NCBI GenBank assembly: GCA_016186705.1 | Contig: JACPLB010000002.1 | Location: 20,811-84,810 of the forward strand | Direction of reading: 5' to 3' | From: Candidatus Kaiserbacteria bacterium | GTDB lineage: Bacteria > Patescibacteriota > Minisyncoccia > Phycocordibacterales > JABMNX01 | Length of the DNA stretch: 64,000 bases | Shown: positions 1 through 10,263 of the stretch, piece by piece | Position numbering within the stretch: the stretch's first letter is position 1 | Layout: the number at the start of each line of letters is the position of its first letter | Made by a program: the position numbers and the translations under genes | Notes under the pieces: model-generated | The model's database searches: none | What the model was told of the DNA's origin: nothing | What the model saw: only the letters and a program-made list of their open reading frames with translations

Positions 1-1
1 G

Positions 2-277
2 AAATTCTATTTTATACAGCTTGGATTTGAAGCGCGACTGCGAAGTCTCGTGGTGCTTGAGATGCTTCGACAGGCGCATATTTCCGTGTATCAATCGCTC
101 GGAAAATCACAACTCGCGGAACACCTGAAACTCGCCGAACAGCTCGAGATTCCCTACTGTATCATCATGGGGCATAAGGAAGCGCTTGAGCGAAGTGTCA
201 TTGTGCGCAACATGGATACCCGAGCCCAAGAGACGATCGTGGTTGACGGACTCCCGCGATACCTTAAGTCGATATAG
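2..277 (+). CDS. hisS: Histidyl-tRNA synthetase (or HisS-like), C-terminal anticodon-binding domain; 5' truncated by window
   Basis: Frame open from window edge (KFYFIQLG...QLKLAEQLEIPYCIIMGHKEALERSVIVRNMDTRAQETI-like), matching the class IIa anticodon-binding domain pattern. Confidence 0.7.
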   Translation, partial: KFYFIQLGFEARLRSLVVLEMLRQAHISVYQSLGKSQLAEHLKLAEQLEIPYCIIMGHKEALERSVIVRNMDTRAQETIVVDGLPRYLKSI

Positions 278-282
278 CACGC

Positions 283-311
283 TTGACAAAAGTTCTAGTG
301 TATGATACAAT
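283..311 (+). promoter_or_regulatory. Sigma70-type promoter
   Basis: TTGACA-17 nt-TACAAT upstream of small ORF 364-492. Confidence 0.65.
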
Positions 312-363
312 GGCAACAGGAGATAGGATGCTAAGCATCCTGTCAAAAACCAGGAGGAACGTC

Positions 364-492
364 ATGTTCGCAGGGTTCTATTCGCTTCACCAGTTCTCAT
401 CGGCGCCGCGCCCCACCTTCAAGCAGAAGTGCGTCCAGCTCGCCATCGTCCTGTCCGTGGGGGTAGCGCTCATGGTCACCGGCGTCATTTAA
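364..492 (+). CDS. Small orphan membrane protein (42 aa)
   Basis: AGGAGG before ATG 364, C-terminal hydrophobic helix, own promoter and downstream hairpin + T tract (~522-558). Confidence 0.55.
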   Translation: MFAGFYSLHQFSSAPRPTFKQKCVQLAIVLSVGVALMVTGVI

Positions 493-640
493 GTTCAGCG
501 CCGACATCCCCCACCCCCTATCGAGACCGTATGGTTCGCCCAGCGGTCTCTTTCTTTTACGTATCAAATATACATATGGGTATGCTTTCAGTTGTCTCCA
601 ACACAGGTCTGTGATAGAGTGTCCCTCGTGCAATACAAAC

Positions 641-898
641 ATGATTAACGTTGAAGTGACGAAAAACAACAACGAGAGCGCGACGAGTTTGGTACGGCGC
701 TTTACGAAACGGATGCAGGGCTCCGGGGTTCTCTCCCGGGTGAGAAGCGTCCGCTACCGAACGCGGCCGAATTCGGATTTTAAGAAAAAGAAACGGGCGC
801 TCCGAAAACTTGAACGGCGCGCGGCATACGAGCTTCTCTACAAGCAGGGCAAAATTGCCGAACAAAAGCCGGGCCGCCGAGGACGGGGCAGATTTTAA
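641..898 (+). CDS. rpsU: 30S ribosomal protein bS21
   Basis: NES..SLVRRFTKRMQGSGVL..VR..RY pattern; small, highly basic. Confidence 0.8.
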   Translation: MINVEVTKNNNESATSLVRRFTKRMQGSGVLSRVRSVRYRTRPNSDFKKKKRALRKLERRAAYELLYKQGKIAEQKPGRRGRGRF

Positions 899-904
899 TA
901 CTCA

Positions 905-1297
905 ATGACGGTGAAAGATGGATGTCTTTCAGTGAAAAAAACAGTGCGAGGCAGGCTTCCGCGCCTGCCTTTTGCCTCTCTCAAACGTGCGATACTCGGA
1001 GAGCGTTATACGTTAAGCGTTGTTTTCATCGGAGATAAGAGAGCTCGCGCGCTCAATAAAAAGTACCGGAAGAAAGAGTATATCCCTGACATTCTTTCGT
1101 TCCCATTAAGCCCGCTCGAGGGAGAAATGTTCATCAATCAAAGGCAAGCGCGGAGACGCGCAAAGGAATTTGAGATGGACACGGAGACATTCCTCGGCTA
1201 CCTTCTTATCCACGGTCTGCTTCATTTGAAAGGGTTACGGCATGGTAGTAGAATGGAGCAAGCGGAGCAGAGGTATCTCAAGCGATTCTTTGGATAA
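905..1297 (+). CDS. ybeY: rRNA maturation RNase YbeY
   Basis: LNKKYRKK..PDILSFP and HGLLHLKGLRH metal-binding motif. Confidence 0.93.
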   Translation: MTVKDGCLSVKKTVRGRLPRLPFASLKRAILGERYTLSVVFIGDKRARALNKKYRKKEYIPDILSFPLSPLEGEMFINQRQARRRAKEFEMDTETFLGYLLIHGLLHLKGLRHGSRMEQAEQRYLKRFFG

Positions 1298-1393
1298 AAC
1301 GGCCTTGTCCGTTCTCTATCGTGTGCATTTTCTTGCGCACTATTAAAGTGTCGCATCGGCGCCGCGGCTGATTTTTTTCATTTTTTTCATTCT

Positions 1394-2566
1394 ATGGCGC
1401 GCAACATTACTACCGGCATTGATATTGGCACGTACCAAGTAAAAATTGTCGTTTCGGAGCGCGGCAAAGACAAAGACCGGCAGTTTCCGCGCATCATCGG
1501 GACCGGGTTTGCGGAGTCAAAAGGGCTCCGCCACGGCTACATCATCAATTCGGGAGACATCATCAAAAGTATCCGTCACGCGGTGGAGCAAGCTGAGAAA
1601 TCGTCCCAGACCCGCATCAAGCGCGCGTATCTCTCAATCGGCGGCGTCGGACTCGAAGAAATCCGTTCAAAAGGAGAGGTTATCATCACGCGCGCGGACG
1701 GAAGCGTAACCGACCTCGACCTCAAAAAAGCGTTTGATAACAGCGAGGAGAAAATCGCCTCGCGGATAGCAAACAGAAAGGTTATTCATCTCATTCCGCT
1801 TAAGTTTAAGATAGACGGCGGAACGGTGCTCGGACGTCCCATCGGCATGCACGGCTCAAGGCTCGAAGTTGAGACTCTTTTTATTACCTGCCTTGAACAA
1901 CACCTCAACGACCTCATACAGGCGGTTGAGGAAGCCGGTATTGAAGTTGACGACGTCATGGCGTCCCCCATTGCCGCAAGTCTCGTCACGCTCTCGAAAA
2001 CCCAGAAAATGGCGGGGTGCGTCCTCGCGAATATCGGCTCGGAAACCGTGTCCATGGCTGTTTTTGAAGACAATATCCCGATTTCCCTCAAGGTCTTTCC
2101 TATCGGCTCGACTGACATCACGAACGACATTGCGCTCGGACTCAAAGTATCGCTCGAAGAAGCGGAGCAGATTAAAAAAGGAGCCATTACGAGCACCGAG
2201 TACCCGAAAAAGAAGCTCGATGAAATTATAGTCGCGCGCCTCTCTGACATTTTTGAACTCATTGACAATCATTTGAAAAAAATCGGGAAGAACGGGCTTT
2301 TGCCTGCCGGCATTATCATTACCGGCGGCGGTTCCGGTATCGCCACGATTGAAGATTTGGCGAAAGCCGCGCTTAAGCTCCCGTCAAAGCTCGCGACACC
2401 ACGATTCGGCGACCAATCGAAAGTGCGGGACGCGTCGTGGGCAGTTGCCTACGGACTCACGATCTGGGGGCTTACTGCCGACGAAGACGAGAGTCCTGTC
2501 GGCATTGCGCTCGCGCAAAAAACCGGCAACAGAGTTCTTCAACTGCTCAAGCAATTTCTTCCCTAG
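1394..2566 (+). CDS. ftsA: Cell division protein FtsA
   Basis: GIDIGT actin-like motif, ITGGGS, directly upstream of ftsZ. Confidence 0.96.
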   Translation: MARNITTGIDIGTYQVKIVVSERGKDKDRQFPRIIGTGFAESKGLRHGYIINSGDIIKSIRHAVEQAEKSSQTRIKRAYLSIGGVGLEEIRSKGEVIITRADGSVTDLDLKKAFDNSEEKIASRIANRKVIHLIPLKFKIDGGTVLGRPIGMHGSRLEVETLFITCLEQHLNDLIQAVEEAGIEVDDVMASPIAASLVTLSKTQKMAGCVLANIGSETVSMAVFEDNIPISLKVFPIGSTDITNDIALGLKVSLEEAEQIKKGAITSTEYPKKKLDEIIVARLSDIFELIDNHLKKIGKNGLLPAGIIITGGGSGIATIEDLAKAALKLPSKLATPRFGDQSKVRDASWAVAYGLTIWGLTADEDESPVGIALAQKTGNRVLQLLKQFLP

Positions 2567-2723
2567 GAATTCACAGCGATTCAGCGTGGATGTGCTGTCC
2601 TCCGTCATGTAAAAGAACAGAAGGGAGGTCTTTAACCCTGAAACAAAACTGGGAAATGTCAACGGCTTCACTTTTTCCCCGACCCTGTTATAGTGTCCTC
2701 AATAATCAATAAGCCACAGGCAT

Positions 2724-3911
2724 ATGAAAAAAGTACAGCCAGACGTTGAAGCGTTCGCACGGATTCGGGTAGTCGGTGTCGGCGGTTCGGGATGCAACGC
2801 GGTCAACCACATGGTTGACTCAAAAGTGCGCGGGGTTGATTTTGTCGCCGTAAACACGGACGCACAAGATTTGCATAACACTCGCACGAAGAAAAAGATT
2901 CATATCGGAAAGAATTTGACACGCGGACTCGGTACGGGCATGAACCCCGACATGGGAAAGCGTGCGGCGGAAGAAACAAAGGAAGAAATCCAGGAAGCGC
3001 TCAAGAATTCCGACATGGTGTTCGTCACGTGCGGCATGGGCGGCGGCACAGGCACGGGCGCGGCGCCGGTTATCGCGAAGACCGCGCGGGAGACAGGAGC
3101 GCTTACCGTCGCGGTTGTCACGAAGCCATTCTCGTTTGAAGGACAACAGCGCATGCGGCTCGCGGAACTCGGACTTGAGGACCTGCGAAAGGAAGTTGAC
3201 GCGCTTGTTGTTATCCCGAACGACCGGCTTTTGGCGGTTGTACAGCGGGAAACAACGGTAAAAAGCGCTTTTGCGATGTGCGACGATATACTGAAGCAGG
3301 CCGTCGAAGGCATCTCCGACATCATTACCACTCCGGGCATCGTGAACGTTGACTTTGCCGACATCCGGGCAGTTATGGACAACGCGGGCTCGGCGCTCAT
3401 GGGCATCGGAGTCGCCTCCGGTGAAAAACGGGCGGAGGACGCGGCAAAAGCCGCTATTAACTCACCGCTTCTCGAAGTCTCTATTGCCGGAGCGAAAGGA
3501 GTGCTCTTCGCGATTGCCGGAGGAGACGACCTCTCCATGCTTGAGGTTCAAGACGCGGCAAAAATCATTACCGAATCAATTGACCCGAATGCGAAAGTTA
3601 TTTTCGGCGCCGTTTTTGACGCGACGTTGAAGAAAAACGAAGTGAAAATAACGGTTATCGCAACCGGCTTCCCGGAGCATTCAATGTCGGGCAAGAGCTC
3701 ATCGCTCTTCCAGCTTTCGAAGAAGGCTATGGATAAAGAAGAAAAAAAAGATAAAATATACAATTCAGTTTCGATTCTTGGGGGAGAAGAAACAAAGAAA
3801 GACGACAAGAAGAAATCAACCAAAGACAAAGGAGAAGAAACGAAGAAAGACGACGACAATGACGATTGGAGCACGATACCGGCATTTCTCCGCCGTTCTA
3901 AATTGAAGTAA
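2724..3911 (+). CDS. ftsZ: Cell division protein FtsZ
   Basis: GMGGGTGTG tubulin signature, NVDFAD, C-terminal IPAFLRR. Confidence 0.99.
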   Translation: MKKVQPDVEAFARIRVVGVGGSGCNAVNHMVDSKVRGVDFVAVNTDAQDLHNTRTKKKIHIGKNLTRGLGTGMNPDMGKRAAEETKEEIQEALKNSDMVFVTCGMGGGTGTGAAPVIAKTARETGALTVAVVTKPFSFEGQQRMRLAELGLEDLRKEVDALVVIPNDRLLAVVQRETTVKSAFAMCDDILKQAVEGISDIITTPGIVNVDFADIRAVMDNAGSALMGIGVASGEKRAEDAAKAAINSPLLEVSIAGAKGVLFAIAGGDDLSMLEVQDAAKIITESIDPNAKVIFGAVFDATLKKNEVKITVIATGFPEHSMSGKSSSLFQLSKKAMDKEEKKDKIYNSVSILGGEETKKDDKKKSTKDKGEETKKDDDNDDWSTIPAFLRRSKLK

Positions 3912-3938
3912 TCAGTTGTTTCTCCATTTTTTAAGTAT

Positions 3939-3968
3939 CACAAAACGCGGCAAACGCCGCGTTTTGTG
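3939..3968 (+). terminator. Intrinsic terminator hairpin after ftsZ
   Basis: cacaaaacgcggc-aaac-gccgcgttttgtg perfect inverted repeat. Confidence 0.7.
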
Positions 3969-4013
3969 GTATGGTAAAAGCTGTAACCTAAAAGCTGTAA
4001 ACTCACATCTCGT

Positions 4014-4940
4014 ATGTACGACACTATCATTATCGGAGGAGGTCCTGCGGGCATTGCCGCCGGCGTCTATGCGGCGCGCAAACAGTTGAGGACCGTGTTT
4101 ATAACAAAAGAGTGGGGCGGACAGAGCGTCGTCTCTCCCGACGTGCAGAACTGGATCGGCACGCCTTCCATCCCGGGAGCAGAGCTCGCAAAAAACCTCA
4201 AGACTCACCTTGAAACTGTCGGGGGTGAGACCGTTGAAATTATTGCCGACGCATGCGTGACTCGCGCAGAAAAGAAAAGTGTCAACTTTACCGTCACACT
4301 CGACAATGGGAAGATGTTGGAATCAAGAACGCTCCTCATCACGAGCGGCGCACGTCGGCGGAAATTGGAAGTGCCGGGAGCGAAAGAATTCGACCAAAAA
4401 GGCCTTACCTATTGCGCGTCCTGCGACGGACCGTTGTTTTCAGGACAGGACGTCGCGGTCATCGGCGGAGGGAACGCCGGTTTTGAGACTGCCGCCCAGC
4501 TTCTCGCCTACACGAAGAGCGTCACACTTCTTCATTACAGAGATGAGTTTAAGGCAGACCCCGTCACCGTTCAAAAAGTACTGAAAAATCCGAAAATGAA
4601 GGCAATTATGAATGCGAGTACGACTGCCATCCTCGGCGACAAGTTTGTGACCGGATTAAAGTACAAGGACACGGTTTCCGGCGAGGAAAAAGAGCTCAAC
4701 GTGACCGGCGTCTTTGTTGAAGTCGGTCTTTTGCCGAACACGGGATTTCTCGGAAACCTCCTTGAGCTTGATGAGTTCAAGCGCATTAAAGTTGACCCAA
4801 GAAATCAGCGTGCGTCAGTCGAGGGTGTCTGGGCCGCGGGAGACTGCACGGACGGTCTCTTTCACCAGAACAACATCGCCGCAGGCGACGCAGTGAAAGC
4901 TATCGAAGATATCTACAACTTCCTCCACACAAAGCAATAG
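4014..4940 (+). CDS. trxB: Thioredoxin-disulfide reductase (TrxB/AhpF C-terminal type)
   Basis: GGGPAG FAD motif, CASCDG active site, GGGNAG NAD(P)H motif. Confidence 0.9.
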   Translation: MYDTIIIGGGPAGIAAGVYAARKQLRTVFITKEWGGQSVVSPDVQNWIGTPSIPGAELAKNLKTHLETVGGETVEIIADACVTRAEKKSVNFTVTLDNGKMLESRTLLITSGARRRKLEVPGAKEFDQKGLTYCASCDGPLFSGQDVAVIGGGNAGFETAAQLLAYTKSVTLLHYRDEFKADPVTVQKVLKNPKMKAIMNASTTAILGDKFVTGLKYKDTVSGEEKELNVTGVFVEVGLLPNTGFLGNLLELDEFKRIKVDPRNQRASVEGVWAAGDCTDGLFHQNNIAAGDAVKAIEDIYNFLHTKQ

Positions 4941-4958
4941 CACTCAAAGGGGGTCTTT

Positions 4959-6182
4959 CTAGGGCGCGCTCTTTAATATCCCGGAGACAATGTCTGTCTC
5001 TTTTGTAATTGACAAGCGGTTGTTGAGAAGAGTCACAAAAAGCGAGGCGATAGCCGCAATGAGAAAAGCGAATTTAATACTGAAGAAAAAGACTGTGACG
5101 CCGACAATGCCCAGAATAAGAACGCGTCCGAGATTGATGGATATCTCCTTGAGAACCGTGAATTCATCGATGTAATGCCCGTTATCGACCGCTTCGCTGT
5201 ATGTCGTCACGTCTATCGACATTTGATTGACTACCCTCCCAAGCCCGTGATAGGTGTCTACGATGAATATTTGAAACCCGGTCTCGATAAAAATTTTAAT
5301 GAACCATCCTGTTGCGTTGAGAATTGAGCCGATAGTAAGCGTTTTTCTTCTGCTCCATCGGTCCACCAAATCCCCTACCAGAAGACGGAGCATGATGACC
5401 GCAAAGATAGTCAATGAAGAAATCGCGCCGACGGTGAAATATTCTCCATTCAAAAGCAGAAAGATGAAGACGGGCCAGATGACGGCGGTTACGGCGGATT
5501 GAGCTCCGTCTCCCATGTACCCCACGAGAATGGAGCGATTCTGCGTACTGAAGAGTTTCCGGTACGTCTCCGTGTACGTGTAAGAGTAATGCTCATACTT
5601 ATCTCTGATAAAGAAAAGCGGAAAGACGGCAAAAATCAGGATGATGAGAGAGATAACAAACAAGTAATTGAACCCCGCAGCGATGATAATGCCTCCACCG
5701 ATAAGCGGCGTGACGACCGCGACGACTTCGGAAATGCTCAACAATATCGACATTTGCCTCCCTCTCGTCTTTTTGTCGGTAAAGGTCGCAAAGTCAACAT
5801 GATACGGCACCCAGTAGAGAACCTTGTACACCACTGACGCGAGCACAAGTCCGATCGGCGCGTAGAGAGGCGCGTAATCCCACAGGAGAAAAGGCAGAAT
5901 TGAGAGAAACGCAAAAGGCATCGCGTACATCATGAGTTTCTTCATGCCAACCTTGGATATCGCCATTGCGCCGAGAGGCGTAAAAATAATGCACAAAATG
6001 TATATCAAGGAGAGAAGCCCGATGACTTTTTCAAGCGACCCGTTGAATTTATTAAAAATAAAAATGATCTCAAAGATGCCGACGACTCCGAATCCGAGCT
6101 GTATTAAGAGCCGGTTAAGGTAGAGGGCGAGAATATCAAAAGAAAAATGGACCCCCTGATAGTCTTTGACGCTTAATTTCAT
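4959..6182 (-). CDS. MFS transporter
   Basis: About 12 hydrophobic segments; GDLVDRWSRRK motif-A-like loop. Confidence 0.8.
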   Translation of the reverse strand: MKLSVKDYQGVHFSFDILALYLNRLLIQLGFGVVGIFEIIFIFNKFNGSLEKVIGLLSLIYILCIIFTPLGAMAISKVGMKKLMMYAMPFAFLSILPFLLWDYAPLYAPIGLVLASVVYKVLYWVPYHVDFATFTDKKTRGRQMSILLSISEVVAVVTPLIGGGIIIAAGFNYLFVISLIILIFAVFPLFFIRDKYEHYSYTYTETYRKLFSTQNRSILVGYMGDGAQSAVTAVIWPVFIFLLLNGEYFTVGAISSLTIFAVIMLRLLVGDLVDRWSRRKTLTIGSILNATGWFIKIFIETGFQIFIVDTYHGLGRVVNQMSIDVTTYSEAVDNGHYIDEFTVLKEISINLGRVLILGIVGVTVFFFSIKFAFLIAAIASLFVTLLNNRLSITKETDIVSGILKSAP

Positions 6183-6269
6183 TGCTCTCTAGCGTAGCAT
6201 TTTCTGAACTAAAAACGGAGAAAAGTGGGTTGATATCTTTATGATAGTTAATCGTGAAGTCCAATCTAG

Positions 6270-6343
6270 TGCACGCACCAGGACTCGAACCTGGGACCTT
6301 CTCAACGTCAATGAGACGCTCTAGCCAACTGAGCTATGCGTGC
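6270..6343 (-). tRNA. tRNA-Val(GAC)
   Basis: Cloverleaf; anticodon arm TCTCA-TTGACGT-TGAGA; GGTTCGAGTCC T-arm. Confidence 0.95.
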
Positions 6344-6459
6344 GCTCCGATTAGAGTGCACAAATTCTGCAAAAAGGTCAACGGAACTGGCGGGCTACCT
6401 CAAGCTACCTGTCCGACCCTGGAGGAGAACTCTGGTGAATCAAGCCCCGTAAGGCTATT

Positions 6460-7590
6460 CTAGCCCTTTTCCAAAGTTAAACCGAAGGTTCCCTGTGCGC
6501 CTTTTTTCAAGAGTTCTCTTTGTGACCTTTTAAACGCATTTTCGACAATATCCCAATATTGTTGAGAATTAACTTTCTCAAGATGCTCTTTTGGCCAATC
6601 GTTTCCATATGCATCCCATTTTAATTCCTTAAATTTCAAGCCATTTCCAAAATACTTTATCTTCGAGTACGTTTCTTTTCTAATAGAAACATTGTATGCA
6701 CTAGAAAACGTTACTGCTATATCATAAGTAAATTCATTATATCCCCAATAAGGTTCTCCAATATCACCATAAAGTATGGGATTGAAAACAAAGAAAAACA
6801 TTTGCAGTTTCTTGCCTCGGAATTTATAGACATCAAACTCACCTATAGTTGTAGACCACCCATAAAAATCATCGATATCAAAAAATCGCTCATTTAAATT
6901 TGCCATATTGCTCACAACTCCTATAAGATTAAAAACAAGCGATTTATCTTTTGAGTCATAGATGAAGAACCAATACTTATAACCCCTTAGTTCAATATCC
7001 GAAAGAATCTTAATTGGTCGTTTTTCTTTTGGATCATGCCGTTCAAATATTGATCTATCTCTTGGATTGAAATCTACTCGAAAATTTGCGCATTCCGCTA
7101 ATCCAGAAGGGCTCAACCCATAGTTTTTTGCTAAATATTCCCATTCGGTAATTTTACGAGGAGAAGGAGTATGTATTGTAAATGCCACTATCATTAAAAT
7201 CAAAATAACCGTTATATAAATTGCAAAGATTAGAAGTCCCGTATTATAGAAAATATAGGACAAAATATTTTCTTCACTAGGAATTGTGGCTAGAAACAAA
7301 AAGAAAGCCGCCAAACCCGTGGTTATTCCTCCCCAAACCAAAAAACGAATCGATTGTCTTATCTCTTGGTGTCTTAATTTATAGTCTTTTAGAATATCAG
7401 TAATTTGTTTTCTCTGTTCCTTCCTTTTGTTGTCACTTTTTTCTTCTAAAAATGATTTTGGTTTTATCAGTCTCCTTAGTCTTGCTCGAAACTCTCTTAA
7501 ATCTTTTAAGGATGGCACTATAAAAAGCGAGAATATGAAAGTATATAAGGCAAAGGTTGCGATTGTAAAAATAGGTGTATAAAGCTCCAT
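6460..7590 (-). CDS. Hypothetical membrane protein, AT-rich islet (3 N-terminal TM segments + soluble C-terminal domain)
   Basis: Long ORF; likely start MELYTPIF at 7590; no recognised motif. Confidence 0.7.
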   Translation of the reverse strand: MELYTPIFTIATFALYTFIFSLFIVPSLKDLREFRARLRRLIKPKSFLEEKSDNKRKEQRKQITDILKDYKLRHQEIRQSIRFLVWGGITTGLAAFFLFLATIPSEENILSYIFYNTGLLIFAIYITVILILMIVAFTIHTPSPRKITEWEYLAKNYGLSPSGLAECANFRVDFNPRDRSIFERHDPKEKRPIKILSDIELRGYKYWFFIYDSKDKSLVFNLIGVVSNMANLNERFFDIDDFYGWSTTIGEFDVYKFRGKKLQMFFFVFNPILYGDIGEPYWGYNEFTYDIAVTFSSAYNVSIRKETYSKIKYFGNGLKFKELKWDAYGNDWPKEHLEKVNSQQYWDIVENAFKRSQRELLKKGAQGTFGLTLEKG

Positions 7591-7847
7591 AAACTTAATT
7601 AAGCACCTCGTGCTAGCTGTTAGATGCGGGGACGATTGCCGGAACTTTGAACCGAAAGCATGGCTCAAATTCGAGGATCTTGATAAAAGTATACAGAAAT
7701 TAAGGGCTATCTACAAAGTTCATCCAGAATGGTTTGAGGTACCAAAGCCTAAATCAAACAGAGGCAAGAGTGAAATTGATTATTCAGTATCTTGAGTAAT
7801 TGTTATGCCTCAATAGTTGACTCCTATACAGATTAAAGATTTTTATC

Positions 7848-9158
7848 TTAATCAATCTTAAAACCCTTCTTTTGCTGTTCTTTAAGAATTTTTTCGTATA
7901 TTCCACCTTTTCCATAAGGCACTCTTACGGGCATATCAATCTTGCATTCGATATTAGGTACTGTTCCCTTATGGGGAACTGGAATTTGAATATCGCCTTC
8001 TTCCATAAGAAGTTTTGCTAATTCAGCAACGTCATACTCTACAGTGCCAAGAGTTTCATCTTTTTTATCACCAAACATATGAATAATTACTTTGGGAATC
8101 TTACTTTTATCAAGATGCATGAGACAGCACTTCACGATATTAAGCATTTGATATTCATATTTGACTGATTCCTCTAGATGAACGATATCGTAAGCTTCTG
8201 CGGTGCCGAAAAATATTTGCTCATTTCTTCCGATGATTGGAGGATCGTATTTAAGTGATATTTCAAGTACTGTTCTATCATTATCTAATTTGAATTCTTT
8301 CAAAAGAAAACTGCGATTAGTCGCAAAGGACTCGGCTATTTCCTTGATTTCTCGAATTTTGTATACACGCTTGCTAACTATTTTTGCTTCAACGTCAGGA
8401 TTATTTTCCAAAAAGATTAGAAGTCCATTTCTTAAAATCCAGAGGTTAACTCTGCATGTTTGCAGAATGTCTCTTAGTTGTCTTTGCGTGAATTCATAGC
8501 GCTTCTTTTCTTTACCACTTTTATCATCAACCACCTTAAGGACAACCGTCTTATTATCAGTTGTTTCCCATCTATCGTGTCCGGCCCCAGCGTTACGTAT
8601 ATGGTTATCAAAGCCAGAGACTAGGTCCGGAAAATTACCATTCGGTAATGAAAAAGAGGTATTTTTTATCGTTTGAAATTTTTCTCCCGCTGAGACATCA
8701 ACAAACATCTCTGCATCTTTAACAGCATGAGTTTTGCCGTACTTTTTACATAGATAAAAGTATGGGGTCGTTCCATACAACCTAAAGTCACTCTCAAAAA
8801 GAGTTTTATATAAGCTCAACTGACAAGAGAAAATTGTTTCAAGCTCAGAACCTTTCAAAGCACTATAAAGAGAATCTTCGGCCTGTTCCGTCCGCAGACC
8901 GGAATCATTTGCAGTATCGATTATTGTACTAACAACTTGAAGGAATTCTGCCTCATTTTCTTTATATAATTGTTCACACAGTTCCTCGATAAATTTTGTT
9001 GCTTTGAGATCTTTCTGCTGAACAGAATGTCTCCAACCGAGCCAGCCTTGCTGAAAGAAATACCTTACATTCTTTGGTCGTTTGTTTGGATGCTTTAAAA
9101 GTGGTTGGATATAGACTTCAAAATATCTACTTTCTGCCGCTAAGTTTGAATCAAGCAT
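7848..9158 (-). CDS. Hypothetical protein with HEPN-like R-x5-H motif
   Basis: 436 aa AT-rich ORF; FDNHIRNAGAGH segment; family assignment tentative. Confidence 0.65.
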   Translation of the reverse strand: MLDSNLAAESRYFEVYIQPLLKHPNKRPKNVRYFFQQGWLGWRHSVQQKDLKATKFIEELCEQLYKENEAEFLQVVSTIIDTANDSGLRTEQAEDSLYSALKGSELETIFSCQLSLYKTLFESDFRLYGTTPYFYLCKKYGKTHAVKDAEMFVDVSAGEKFQTIKNTSFSLPNGNFPDLVSGFDNHIRNAGAGHDRWETTDNKTVVLKVVDDKSGKEKKRYEFTQRQLRDILQTCRVNLWILRNGLLIFLENNPDVEAKIVSKRVYKIREIKEIAESFATNRSFLLKEFKLDNDRTVLEISLKYDPPIIGRNEQIFFGTAEAYDIVHLEESVKYEYQMLNIVKCCLMHLDKSKIPKVIIHMFGDKKDETLGTVEYDVAELAKLLMEEGDIQIPVPHKGTVPNIECKIDMPVRVPYGKGGIYEKILKEQQKKGFKID

Positions 9159-9867
9159 TGTTCTTTACTCTATACTCTAAAAGTAAGTACGAATTTTCGA
9201 GTGGCCTTGCCTGGATAAATTCAAGGGCCTTTATTTTTTTGAGTTCTCCCGAAGTATGTAACGATTCCCCATCCATTAAAGTCGATGTATTTTTGCCACC
9301 AATGAGAGCGGGAGCAACTACCAACCAAACACGATCAATTAAACCTTCTCGCACCAAGGTGGTATTTAAAGTTCCACCTGATTGAATTGTGAGTTTGTCA
9401 GCCCCGAAATCTTGTTTCAGTATCGTAAACAAATCATTGAAATCTACAACTTCTCCATATTCAAAAACGTAGAGGTTGTCAAAATCATTTTTGAGAGATA
9501 CTGCTGGATGATTTTTGTTTGTTGTAGCAATGATAAGATTCTTTGCTTTCTTCGCAAGATATGAGATTCCTTGAGCGGTGAGGTGTGGCTCGTTATCGAT
9601 AACCACAAAACTTACTGGTAATTTCTTCGGTTCATCTTTTTTCTCATTCATTCCAATCTTCGCAAAGACTCTTCCCGTGTTAAGGGAAAACAGGTCAGTT
9701 TGTTGCTCTAGATCGTAGTATTGTTGTAAACCTTCTTTGATACCTGAAATTTTAGGGAAATCCTTATCCACATCTAAAACATCGCTATCGCCAGTCGAGA
9801 TTTTGCCATCGACAGACATAAGCATGAATAGTGTTGTGTCCGGTCTGTTTTTATCTTTATTTTCCAT
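9151..9867 (-). CDS. RibD C-terminal / dihydrofolate reductase-fold protein
   Basis: MSVDGKI, QSGGTLN, LIDRVWLVVAPALIGG motifs. Confidence 0.88.
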   Translation of the reverse strand: MENKDKNRPDTTLFMLMSVDGKISTGDSDVLDVDKDFPKISGIKEGLQQYYDLEQQTDLFSLNTGRVFAKIGMNEKKDEPKKLPVSFVVIDNEPHLTAQGISYLAKKAKNLIIATTNKNHPAVSLKNDFDNLYVFEYGEVVDFNDLFTILKQDFGADKLTIQSGGTLNTTLVREGLIDRVWLVVAPALIGGKNTSTLMDGESLHTSGELKKIKALEFIQARPLENSYLLLEYRVKNNA

Positions 9868-9886
9868 AGGTTCAAAGTTGCCAATC

Positions 9887-9976
9887 TGGCGGAGAGGGAG
9901 AGATTCGAACTCTCGATGCGGTTTCCCGCATGCCGGTTTTCGAAACCGGTGCCTTCAACCACTCAGCCACCTCTCC
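9887..9976 (-). tRNA. tRNA-Ser(CGA)
   Basis: Anticodon arm CCGGT-TTCGAAA-ACCGG, long variable arm, encoded CCA. Confidence 0.96.
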
Positions 9977-10143
9977 AATATACTATATGTGGTTGGCTTC
10001 AAGACTAGCACTTTTTGCCGAAATGCCCAAAGTATTGTACTATCTCAAAATAACACACGTGTATGTGTTATTTATTTTGGCTTACATAAAGTACCTAAAA
10101 GCTAAAAGCTCAAACCTGTAAGCTTCCGTCAACTGGCAGATAC

Positions 10144-10215
10144 GGCCCTATCGTCTAACGGTCAGGACACAGGCTTTTCAAGCCTGGAATCGGGGTTCGA
10201 TTCCCCGTAGGGTCA
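10144..10215 (+). tRNA. tRNA-Glu(TTC)
   Basis: Anticodon arm CAGGC-TTTTCAA-GCCTG; GGTTCGATTCC. Confidence 0.95.
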
Positions 10216-10263
10216 TAAAAAGAAAGAGCCCAGTGAAGGGCCCTCAAGTGTCGCTTCTTGAAT

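Noticed and set aside
6380-6400. Possible att duplicate of the tRNA-Ser 3' end (ctggcgg)
   Set aside because: Only ~7 nt match and no integrase; compatible with chance
7610-7795. 61-aa plus-strand ORF inside the islet, possibly a gene remnant
   Set aside because: No clear start, RBS or motif; cannot be supported
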